Assembly (NCBI GenBank): GCA_905330235.1
Contig: CAJNUA010000005.1
Location: 400,093-434,696 of the forward strand
Source of the DNA: Rotaria sp.
Taxonomy: Eukaryota
Length of the DNA stretch: 34,604 nucleotides
Direction: 5' to 3'
Shown: piece by piece, positions 10,657 through 21,900 of the stretch
Layout of the letters: the number at the start of each line of letters is the position of its first letter
How positions within the stretch are numbered: position 1 is the stretch's first letter
The notes under the pieces: generated by a model
The model's database searches: none
Seen by the model: only the letters and a program-made list of their open reading frames with translations
What the model was told of the DNA's origin: nothing
Translations under genes and position numbers: made by a program

Positions 10657-13600
10657 GGGCACCACAACTTTTTGTTTAAAAATCCCAGTAAAATTTCGAT
10701 ATCTCAAGAACGAAGGCCCGGTAAACCAAATTATTTTAGTTTTTCTATTACTCAATAGTACTCATTAAATGAGCATCGTCTCGATCAAAAAGAGACTTGA
10801 CACCTAGAGAAATTCTTTCGTGAATGTATCATTGAAAATTAGAACGATCTGCAATATTTGAAATGGAAGTGGTTCTATTCACCAACAGAATTGAATTCTG
10901 TGAAAACGTGAAATCTTTCTTAGAGTGAACAACTCGAAAATCAGTTTGTGTAAAAGGCAGTAGTAGAACACATTGTCAAACAACGACTGATCAAGAGGGA
11001 AAAAATCTTCAATCAGTTATTAATCGATCGGATACGAAGTACTCTTTCAACATATAACCTTCGTATAAATGTTAGATGTTCATGAACCAAGATGAAGTGT
11101 TCAAAAGCCATCTCTATTTTGTAACGGAAATCGTTTGTAGTATATTTTGCTCGTTTATATTGGCAATTTCCGCAACAAAAATTACGCCTCCAGATAGAGT
11201 TAAACAAGCTCCATCGAACACACCCATTTCGAGTGTATCTTGATTAGATCATTAAACGCTTTACATTGTTTTTTTTCAAAAGTATGCACATATTTGGAGT
11301 GAGCATCGAATTCTGAACAAAATAGAGTGTTTAGCTAATCAAAACTTAAGCTTTTATTTTTCTCAAAAGTTCTTCGAGTCGAAAAAGCTTGAGTATATTG
11401 TTTTTGTTTGATTCTAGTGAAAAACACATCATTTGATGTAGAATTCGATGGTGGTGACGAATAGCTAGTTCCTTTCAACTTTTTTGCTTTCATGCTGATT
11501 CAAGATACGATTTTTAGAAAAACAATGAAATTCTGTAACGCACACTATTTTTAGTTTTTTTTTCTATGTAGTTATGCTTTTTAAAAAATGGACTGATATT
11601 CTAAAAGCTTGTTAAAAACTGAACAACTTTATTATAGAAAGTTTATTTGTATGTTGTTTCGTTTTGTAGTAAAATGTTAAACTGTTAGTCCCGCTGTAAA
11701 AATTCCATTTTTTTAAAATTTTATAACAGCCGATATTTTATAAAGAGCTCAATTCGAGCTACAGAAAAATCAATGAAATTTTCTACTGATAGTAGATCTA
11801 AATGGTTTCTATCTATAATAAAAGTTTCAAAGACTTTGTTTTTGATTTAGACGAGAAATAGATGTTACAATCTTACAAAAATGAAACTCCGTAACACTTG
11901 GCGACACCGAGTTTGCTTTTTTTTCGATTTATGCATTGCTTCAATACAGCAGATCAATTTTCTGGTGTCAAGGAATTACATTTCTTTGAGTTTTTGTAAT
12001 ATTTTTAGCTGCATAATAGATTCAAAATAAGCTTCTTTTTCCAAATGATAAAGATCTAAAGAAAGTTCGGCACTGTTCAATAGCTTATTGCCCTTACCTA
12101 TGAGGTTTCTTCAATTAGCATAACGACTTATTCTATGATGAATACAGAGTTCTAATTTTCTTCTTTCTAAAAATATGATCCTGATATCCGTGTGGTTTTT
12201 TTCGAGATAAAAAAAACTAATCTGCACTGTTAGTAATAAAAGTCGTATTGATAGTAGATTGCTCTTTTTGCTAAAACTTGAAACGACTGTAGTCATCACA
12301 GGGTGTCCAAACGACGACGATCAATGACACAGTACTAAAAATTTTTCTTCATGATGTTCGGCTTTTCTGATAATCAAAAGAGTTTGTCGTATACATTGCC
12401 ACCTGATTGGACTGTTGTATCTTTGATGTATTGGAAGAAGACTGTACGTCTATAGGACGTAAACTGATCACTTTCAATTAGATTATTTTTATCTATATCC
12501 AAGGATGGGATAATAAAAATACAGTAAAGTCTCTATTCTCTGAACCCTATTGAGACCAATCAAAAGTGTCCACTCTAGAGAGTTGAAGCATGATTTGGTG
12601 TGAAATAAAGAAAAAATTTCAGAAAATCTGCTTCTATAATTGCCATAGATAAAGGCCTAACTGTCCATTCTCTTTTTCATCTATCTTCATCGGAATGATT
12701 TGAATTGAAAGATTTTTCAAGTAAAACACAAAATACAATTGTTTTTAAAAAGAATCTTCTAATTTTGTTTGTCTTTTTGCTGTTGAACTAAGTTTTTTGT
12801 ACCTTGTTGTACAAACTATTCGTACACTTGATTGTCTAGTTTTTGTATATTGACACGTTTTTATTTTCGTCTAACATTTTGATTCTGATTGATTTCGTAA
12901 TCATTTCAATATTCTATTTTATGTTTTAAAATATTTGATGCAGAGCTGAGTGAGATATAATATATGTTTTTTCATTCAATTTATGTTATAATATACTATT
13001 ACCATCGTTATTATCATGAATGAATAGTATTTTTTTTCTTGCAAAGTAAGTTTGCGTCGTGATATCATTCTTTACTTTACACATATAGCAGTCGAATCTT
13101 ACACAAAATCCATTTACCCATAGTGTATACCAAACAGGTGACAAAAAAAGAGAAGGATGTCACAAAAACATATTCACATTAGAGATTATAATAGCAAAAG
13201 AGACTACATAACTGTTCACATTAAAGAGAGGCATTTACAGCAAAATCGCTCTATCGGACCCAAAACCGTTCATAACTAGAAGATGTTTATTTTAGAGAAG
13301 TATTCAATAGTAGAGGTTTTACAATATATGCAGACTTTAGTAATTGTTTCCAAGGATAATTTTCATGTGAATAGAATAAATAATTTTCTTTCTGATAAGT
13401 TATTTAACTGAGTCTCTTAAACATCAATAATGTTTTTATCTCTCATCTTAATATGAATACTGAAAATAACATCACGTTCTCCTCTAACTTTCGAGTCTGT
13501 GCTAATATTTCTAATCACCAAATACCTATAGAATTCTACGTATTCTATCGATATGTTGAAAACTAAATAAAGAAATACTAATATTTTTTATTTGCCTTTG

Positions 13601-13854
13601 ATGACATTACTTATTGTGCTTACTATCGCAAAATCAAAAGCTACGAACATTTGCTTTAAAAAAAAAAGAACCAAGAAAAAAAAGAGATAGCATAGAAAAA
13701 AAAGCAGACATCTGTTGCTACTTTATTTTATTTTTAGTTGTATAAAAAATGGTTATGTGAGAGCAAGAGACGAAACAAGACATAAGAGAAATGTATCAGA
13801 TGACGACTTTGGTTTAGTCCTTTAAGCATTTGTGATTGTAATGATTTAAAATAT

Positions 13855-14467
13855 CTATTCAGCACGTTTATACCAGCGACGAGCTGTGACATTACCAGCT
13901 TTCATATCCTAGAAGTATATAAGAAAATAAGATAAACTTTATTTTCAACAAAAAAAAAAAAAAGAAATAAACGTACAATTTGCTGTTGTCCTTGAGCATC
14001 AACATAACGTACGATTGTAGATTCTTTACCATGTTTATCACGCATTGTATGAACCCATTTATCATTTTCAAATTTGATAACCGACTATTGAAATAAACAA
14101 AAACAAAGATAATGTTTATATTTTCTAGATAAGACATTCGACTAACTTTAACAACTTCACCATCGAGACGAGTTTCATCGAATTCAACACCAGGTGTAAA
14201 TTCATAGTGTGCCGATTTAAGTGTTGATTCACTTTTAAGCGACCATTTACCGTTATTTTCGCCAATAATTAATTTTGGTTTAATCAATTTAGCTGATTGA
14301 CGAAGAGCAAAACCGACACCCTTTTAGAAAATTAATAAATATTTAATATATAAATATTCGAAATAAGAGAATTTTCTTACAATTTCTTTCATATAATCAT
14401 CGAAATGTTCACCATCAACATATTCCCAAGTACCTTGAAGTTTTTCAATACCGCTACCAGCTGCCAT
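13855..14467 (-). CDS. Fatty-acid-binding protein (FABP/lipocalin-type cytosolic FABP), complete CDS: complement(join(13855..13908,13977..14084,14147..14320,14381..14467)), 140 aa
   Basis: The spliced product MAAGSGIEKLQGTWEYVDGEHFDDYMKEI|GVGFALRQSAKLIKPKLIIGENNGKWSLKSESTLKSAHYEFTPGVEFDETRLDGEVVK|SVIKFENDKWVHTMRDKHGKESTIVRYVDAQGQQQI|DMKAGNVTARRWYKRAE* carries the FABP signature (G.W......NFD.YMK.LGV.F..R, F.LGEEFDE.T.DGR.VKS). It has the classic 4-exon FABP gene structure. Introns of 60, 62 and 68 nt all have GT/AG boundaries and are all phase 0. Confidence 0.9.
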
Positions 14468-15240
14468 ATTATTTTAATAAATATTCTAAGAAATCAAATT
14501 TGAATGTAAATATATTACTATGAACGTCAAGTTCACTATGAACTTACTGAATCCACAGAAAAAGTTATGCTTGTAAATATGAAAAGACGAGGTAATGAGT
14601 GAATGAAAGAATATATAGTCACGTCTTGTTTTATATATAGTGATATCTTCTATGAGAGAATAAGAGAGGGAGAGAGAAAGAAAATGAAATACCAATCGTG
14701 TTGTATACAAGGATTTTTTTCTTTGTTAAAATAGAAAGAGAGAATGCAAACATGTTGTGATGGCGATATATGGTTGGATGAGCCTCGAAAGCTTTACATA
14801 CATAATATCATTTATCACTAAATAGAATGAAAACAATGTTCGATTTCTTATCGTTAGAGTCTTGCGGTTATTCGCCGAGGAATCTGTATCATTTATCGAA
14901 TGAAAGAAAAACATAGACATCCAAATTTTTTTCTTTCTAAATGAAATGCATCAAAGAGCGAAGCATCTGCTTCATAATAGTAATAACTATTATCATGTCA
15001 TAATTTATTTCCATTCATATATCGACCTACTTTTTAACCTTTGATCAAGGCAAATCAATCTGACAGAGAATGATAACTGTATATTTCTATTCTCTTTGAT
15101 AAGCTTTTTAACGAATATGGGCGAAAAAAAATGATATTAAATTGTCAATTCGAAGATATTTTTATTGATTATTTAATTTGAAAAAAAAAACAATCTCTTG
15201 TTTTATTTATTTCATGATTAGAAAACAATATAAAAGAAAG

Positions 15241-15909
15241 TTAATTATTAATATGAAAAAGTGCATATTGAATAAACTTTTCCCACGATGAATAATTCAA
15301 TTCTAATTGTTCACAATAAATTCCATAACATAAACGTTTTTGCTCGTAAAAATGAATTACTTTATCAACATTTTCTAATAAAGTTTTCGGTAAATGACGA
15401 TAAAGAATTGACTTGAAATTTAAAAAAATTTAGAAAAAGAATAAAAATCTCACAATTTCTTACTCGAATTTGTTCACTATCAAATGGAACTAAAAATATA
15501 TTTCTTTCCGACACAGGTACTTGTAATAATAGTTCAAGAAGAATGATACCCGTAGCAATCAAATGGATTATATCATTTTGTATATTTAATGCTGAAAAAA
15601 AAATAAATTCGTTTGTTGTTTTTTTTACGTTCCAATAAAAACAAATAATTTCATCTTACCAAAAGAACTAAAACCTTGTTTATTTAAATATATTTTAAGT
15701 TCATCAAAATCTCTCATACTAAGAGATAATAAATTAGCTAAATCTTGATTTAAATCAAATGACCCATTTGTTAATTGAATTCTTTTTAATTCATTTATCA
15801 TCATCGAAGTTAAGTCGATTTGTTTCAATTTATTAAATGTTGAAAAACCTTGAAAATGTTCTGGTTCATCAGTAAAATTAACTTTTTCATTTGTAGTTTC
15901 ACCTTTAAG
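15241..15909 (-). CDS. Putative nuclear-receptor ligand-binding-domain-like protein, partial (the 5' exons and any DNA-binding domain were not found): complement(join(15241..15411,15464..15591,15660..15909))
   Basis: Three exons splice in frame through GT/AG introns (gtaag..tttcag, gtaaga..ttcaag). The product ...DELKIYLNKQGFSSF|GALNIQNDIIHLIATGIILLELLLQVPVSERNIFLVPFDSEQIR|SILYRHL... resembles the NR LBD signature region (FAK.IPGFSSL..DDQ..LL....E.L.L....RS), but similarity is moderate. Only ~180 aa were recovered. The most upstream exon starts at an acceptor (tttttag|ctt), so the gene continues 5' of 15909. Confidence 0.35.
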
Positions 15910-16859
15910 CTAAAAATTAAAATGAAAAGGATTTTGTTGTTTTTAAAAGAGAAATCATGAGACTATCGAGTATACGAGGCGCTCAATAAAAAAAGAAAAA
16001 CAAAACAATTTTCCCTTCTTTTGTGTATTCATTACAACGATGTCTAAAACTACCAATCCCAAAATTTTAACTGCCAACAACATTTCTTTGAAAAGTTAGT
16101 CAATAGCGACCTTTTATCACTATCATACCCTTATGAAAAAAAAATAAAAACTTTCTTTTAAAAATCGAACTCGTTTCCACAAATTATTGGAATTTTTTAT
16201 AAATTTTCCGACGAGTATAAAACGTCCACTTGATAACAATCTGTCTCCGATCGAAATCAGCAATCAAAATCGAATCGAGTTATTTGACAATTCGATTCAA
16301 CAGCAATTTCTTTAGTAATCTTCAAACACGAACAACAAAATTCACGTCAATATAGGGTTCATGCTCTTTGTGTCTTGTACTTGTGCAAAGTGTATCAATC
16401 TCTTGGTATGAGAAGTCTACTGCTATTCATTTCGAAATATCATGAATATAAACTCGGTTTCGCCCCGAACATACCATGTATTATTGAATAATCAGTTACC
16501 ATGTTCTAGCGAATAAAAAAAATCTTTGATCCTGCATCCCGGTAGAAAGTAGATTATTATAAAGTGGATATTTTAAATTCGTCAATTAAACTATTTTTCA
16601 TTGTTGTTGACCGTATAAAACTAGTCTCAGTTAAACATTGTATTATTATTTTGAAATAAGTCATTTTGTTCAATTTTTACTTTTCTATCTTTTAATATAA
16701 TTTATGAAAAAACTCGAATCATTCGTCCAAACAAGTACGACTTTTGCAAGACTTTTTCTATTACTTTTTTTCATAAGGATATGATGGTTGTAAAAGTTGA
16801 TATTGACTATATTTCAAAAATGAAAGCTATTGAAAACTAAAATGTTGGAGTTCATGTGG

Positions 16860-18775
16860 TCAGATGTCGACGCATTGAATGCACAAAAAAAATTCTTTTT
16901 CTTTTATTAAATAGCTCATATAAGTCGAGTATCTCATAATGGCTTTCTTAATAATTTTACAAACCATATATAGTGAATCATTGGGTCCTCGATCATGAAC
17001 ACATGCAGCACGAAAATCTGGGTTACTTTCTACATATGAAAGATGTCGTTCAATATCATTTGTGTTATGTAGATCTATATAATAAATAGAAAATAACTCA
17101 GAAAATTTTCATTTTAATTAAGAAATATCCTTACAATCATTTTTTGAATTAATTACAAATTTGGTTTTAGCACCTGATCGTGATTCTTCAGCTTCAACTT
17201 GTACGAAACCATTGCAATCAATATCCATAACAATTGATATTTCTAATGTTTGTGAAGCAAAATTTGGTGTTAAACCTGTAAGTGTAAATTCACCAAGAAA
17301 TATCTAAAAAAGCAACAAAATGAATTAACATAATAAATTTTGATTTGATATATTTTAAACTAACATTATATTTTGTAAGTTTATGTTCTCCACTGAAAAC
17401 GCGAATTGAAGCTGTTGTTTGATAAGCATAAGCATTTGTAAATACAGGATAAAATTGTGTTCGAAATGGCATTGTTGTATTACGCCTAATAATTATACAC
17501 ATGTGACCATTAATGTCTTCAATACCTAAACTGAGTGGTGTAACATCAAGTAATAAAACACACTCTTCGTCAGTTTTATGAGCTGACTTAGGTTTTCCTT
17601 TCATCCTAAAATGCAGTCAAATTTATGTTATTGAGTACAGTTAATGCCTATTATTTCAAAGTCGTACTTCTTTAATAACATCGAATCTGTCTTGGCAGAT
17701 AATTCACATGCAAATTCTCTGGAACTTGACCTGACTATTGGCATTACCGTTTGTTCATCGCATCGTGTCTACAATGAGTAATAATTTATGCAGATGATCT
17801 AAGCTTAACTCTATCTGTACATACATCAGTATACCGTCCCCATGACTCAGAAGCTTTATGGATGACATGTTTAGCTTCTGAAGCTGACTTTAATTGGTTT
17901 GCAATATCGGAAAATTTATGTTGTTTCGATTTTTGACTCGTTAAAGTGCAGAAATCCATTTTGTTGTGTAGTTTACTTGATTGCTCAACAGTTCTCCCCG
18001 GATAAATAGATTCATTTTCTTCAACAGTTGAGCACGGTTCATATGATTCTGTTCGGATTTTATCAACATCTGATAACATTTCCATTGATTCACCAGATCC
18101 ACCGAATGAAAACAATAATTGTGACTCCGATGATGTGCTGCTAAATGGTAATGCTCCTGTTGTTGTTGGTGGTGGAGGAGGTGGAGGTGGAGGTGGAGGA
18201 GGAGCAAGAAAAGATGGTCGTGGTGGTAGTTGTGAAGGCACAGCAGAAAATATTGCTGAACCGTCATATTCTTTGGGCGCGAAAGTAGCATTCATGCTAT
18301 TACTATTGTAGTTGACGTTACTTCCAAATGTGAATGCATGTGATGCAGAAAAAGGAGCTGATGATTGAAAACCGAAAGTTGAAGGTATTGTTGAAACATT
18401 CAATACTTGGGAGCCGAAAGAAGCGTTGGTCGTAATGCTAGATGTGAATGGATTGAACGCCAATGGTGAGGTATGAGAAGGAGGTGGTAATGTTGCAGTG
18501 GTGGTAATGGTAGTATCAGTAGTAGTCTGATACCCTACTGGAACATTAAGCCCTGAAAACATTGGATAAACATTGTTAGTGTTGATGACATTGCCTGGGC
18601 GCGAAAATAATGATGTTGTAGTTGGAGCCCAGCTTGAGTGAATCATTTGAGGCGTTTGTGGTGCAAACGTTTCCTCATTCAACATGCAAATACTCTGTGG
18701 GGAAACAGATGAATCTAATATTGTCACTTGTTGCTGTTGTTGTTGTTGCTGTTGAATTGGTGCAGAAAAAAGCAT
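16860..18775 (-). CDS. Protein with a Q/P/FG-rich disordered N-terminal region fused to an Hsp70 substrate-binding domain (SBD-beta) homologue and no nucleotide-binding domain: complement(join(16860..17074,17135..17303,17365..17605,17835..18775)), ~521 aa
   Basis: Exon 1 (941 nt) is low-complexity: polyQ(11), PPPPPPPPPPPP, and SFGSQ/TFGFQ/TFGSN repeats. Exons 2-3 encode ...[124 protein letters not shown]. This aligns with Hsp70 SBD-beta ([105 protein letters not shown]). The donor choice cg|gtatac at 17834 is the only one that keeps the frame. The first in-frame ATG is at 18775, and an upstream AG acceptor at 18880 sits in the same frame. Confidence 0.65.
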
Positions 18776-18980
18776 CGGTAAATCATTCAAACTATATTGT
18801 TGTTGTTTTCCTTGTAGTCGATGAACAGAAGAAGTGTACTGGTTATTTTGAGCTTTTCCCCTTGACTTGCTACATGTTTCTGAAAAAAGGATTGATTACA
18901 ATTCATAACAAATCGTTGCCATTTTAAGGACAATCTCAAAGCATCTTTTGAAAATAATAAACATCAAAAGTTATCGATAA

Positions 18981-21900
18981 TTATTTTATCTGAACATAGG
19001 TCTCGATGTGGTAGGAGTTAAGATCGGTTAGCTGCCTTCTCCTACTGTCTTCATCATATCTATGAAAATGCTGAACTGTAGTGGGAAAATTGTCCGCCAA
19101 ACTTTCAGTTCTTTCCACTTCTAAAAACTATCGAAACTCTTGTATTTGGATATAAAATATATCTTATTGAAAATTTTTACCTGTTGCAGATGAAATTTCA
19201 TGAGCAAAAAGATTCATATCAAAGTCACACGACTTTTCTTGAACCGGCGCCTTTTTCAAGCGAACTTTTGACAAAACTGGAGATGCTATCTTCTTTTTTG
19301 AATATTCTTTCACTTCTTGATTTGTTTCTTTTTGTTTTCCAGTTTTCTTTGTATGATACACCATAGATTTCATCTCTTCGTAAGGAGAAGGACCAAAATC
19401 AAGTTCATGAGAATTGATTTCTTCTTGTTCTTCATCATAGGACAACGCAAAAGATTTTCTGTTACTGGGAGTAACAGTAATTTCTAGTTTCTTAGATGTT
19501 GTGTTCGCCTCTGTCAGCGGTTCATAGCCATCGAAGAGACAAAAACCCATATCCTCATCATTTTCTTCACTCTCTGCGTCTTTTACTTGTTTACTTTCAC
19601 TACGTTCTAGTCTACATTCATCAACTTCTCCGAAAACATATAAAATATAAAAATATTTAAAATTATGTTTTGAGTAAAGTAAATTTACCTATCAAATCCG
19701 ACCTTAAACATGTGGAACTGGATTGTACTTCATCTACATCAAAGTCACATGAAAACATTTTGCCATTATTCCTCTAGAGTTGATTCAAACGATTTTTCAT
19801 TCATGCTATAGAATTAACTTACAAATAGTTCACCGACAAACTCACCGCGTCCGTTACGATAATCGCCACGACCACCTTCGCCACCGTAATACATTTCATC
19901 ATCATCAACCGGTAACTCTTCTTCTTTTTCTTTTTCTTCCCCTTCTTCATATTCTTCCTCTTCTGTAAAAGTTGTACGTCGATGTTCTACATCTTCTCTA
20001 ATAAAAATATAATCGCAATAATATACATATTCTGCATATTCAACTTACAATATTTCAGCTTTCATACGCATATCAATTTCATCAAATCGTTTTTCTAATA
20101 TTTTTCTTTCATCAGTTGTTGCATTTTTTATTTCATTAATTAAATCTATTAATATTCATTGGGTATTAACTAATAATTTTAAGAAAAATTTTATATTTAC
20201 CTTTCTGCATATTTTCTTCTAATTCTCGAGCTTTTTCTTTTTGCTTAAATGTTATTCGATATGTATCAATAATTGCTACCATTAAGTTATATTTTGCATC
20301 ACCACCAGAACGATATGATATATTCTGACAAAGACTTTCATATTCATTTAATAACTCAACTTTATTTGATATTGAAGCACTATCAAATAAACGTTTTCCA
20401 TTAATTAATTTATCTTTAATTATATCAATTTGTGATCGATCACCGTCCCAACCAATGTATGGAAGTAAATCAATATCATTTTCAAGCATAACATCAAGTA
20501 ATCGAACACCTGGTTCAAGTGCTTGTCCATCACGTTCTTCAATAGCTACAAAACTTGTAAATGAACTCACAACAGAATATTTCATACTAAGTTCAATTAA
20601 ATCTTGTTTATATTTCTTTTTAATAAGTTCATTTTCACATTCATCATTATGTAATAAACCATTTTCATAATCTTGAATAATTGCACGAGCTGTTAAACAA
20701 TGTAATATACGGCCTTTTGTGTCAGTTATTTTATTACTAAATACGGTGGTAACATACTCTTGATTATTTATTGTCGCTGTTAATGTTGCTTTATGACAAT
20801 TCTGTATAAAACGATATGCAGTTAAGCGCATACCATTAAATAATGATCGAATTATATTTGGTGCTTGACTAGTAAATTTTTCTTGTTGATCATCAATTCT
20901 TCCATGCCAATCAATGGATACATTTGTTATACATGGTTGACCAATATGTTCAAGTATTTGAAGTACTTTTGTTTTCCATCTTGAACGATAATTTGAATCA
21001 AATATAGTTGTTAAACCACCACCATTCATCTCATTAGCTAATTGTCTTAAATTATGTTTATTAGATGTATCACCAATTGAACATGTAAATAAACGATCAT
21101 GGCGCATTGATGATTGATTTTTTAATAATGTTAAAATAGATTGGAGATCATTGATATGCCCATCTGAAAGAAGAATAAATTGTCGACCAAGTTTAGATGA
21201 GGATGGTAAAAGAGAATATTGACGAAGTACAGAAAATAGATCAGTATTACCACGATGATCAAGTGAATGCTATAACAGATATAGACTTAAATATATTAAA
21301 AAAAGAAGAAACAATACAAACCAAAACAAAATGCTTAGCTTTATCAATATTTTCTTTTGTATTTTGTGATGCAATAGGAAAACATTCATCATTATCTAAA
21401 ATAAATAAATTAATGAAAAATAAAATATAAAAATATTTTTCTGGATTTACCTGATCCAAACGTAACAATATTAAAGAAAATATTTCTATCAGTTTTCATA
21501 TTCGTCAAAAATAAATGTGTTAACTGTTTTGCTTGTTGTACATGCTTTCCATCCATAGAATTTGATACATCAATAATAAAAATAATTTCCACATATTCAT
21601 TTGAATTATTAGCTATTTCAAATTTTGGATAAAATGTTAACATACATGCTTGACAATTTTCATCAATCGATTGATTATTAGTATTTGTATCAGATGGCGC
21701 ATATGTTTCATTTAACATGCGTGGTAAATTAACACTTTTTAATGTTATTGAAAGAATAAAATCTTTTTCAAATAAAATATTATCAACAAGTTCAATCATA
21801 GCAAGACAATCAGTTATTTTTCGACGAAGTCGATGTGTAGGTGAAAATAATTTTGTTATTTCGTATGGCATACGTATTGATGTTTTGAGACTAAATTCAA

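Noticed and set aside
17941-18291. A 116-aa ORF rich in His/Leu/Gln (HLHLHLLHHQQQQ)
   Set aside because: It is the alternative frame of the polyQ/polyP exon of the Hsp70-SBD gene and a low-complexity artefact.
18981-19120. Alternative: PARP4 skips this terminal exon and splices from 19181 to the acceptor at 18880, fusing with the Q/P-rich/Hsp70-SBD ORF
   Set aside because: It is not rejected outright, because the frame is compatible. It is disfavoured because the near acceptor gives a typical 60-nt intron and a 46-codon open exon ending in TAA, which is unlikely by chance in AT-rich DNA. It is retained as a hypothesis in the findings.
19184-19968. Plus-strand ORFs at 19184..19366 and 19780..19968
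   Set aside because: They are antisense to PARP4 coding exons that have strong homology.
21197-21468. ORFs of 77 aa (21197..21430, +) and 69 aa (21259..21468, -) inside PARP4
   Set aside because: These are intron-spanning read-through or antisense frames. The real PARP4 exons here are 21328..21395 and 21451..22336, joined by 55-58-nt introns.
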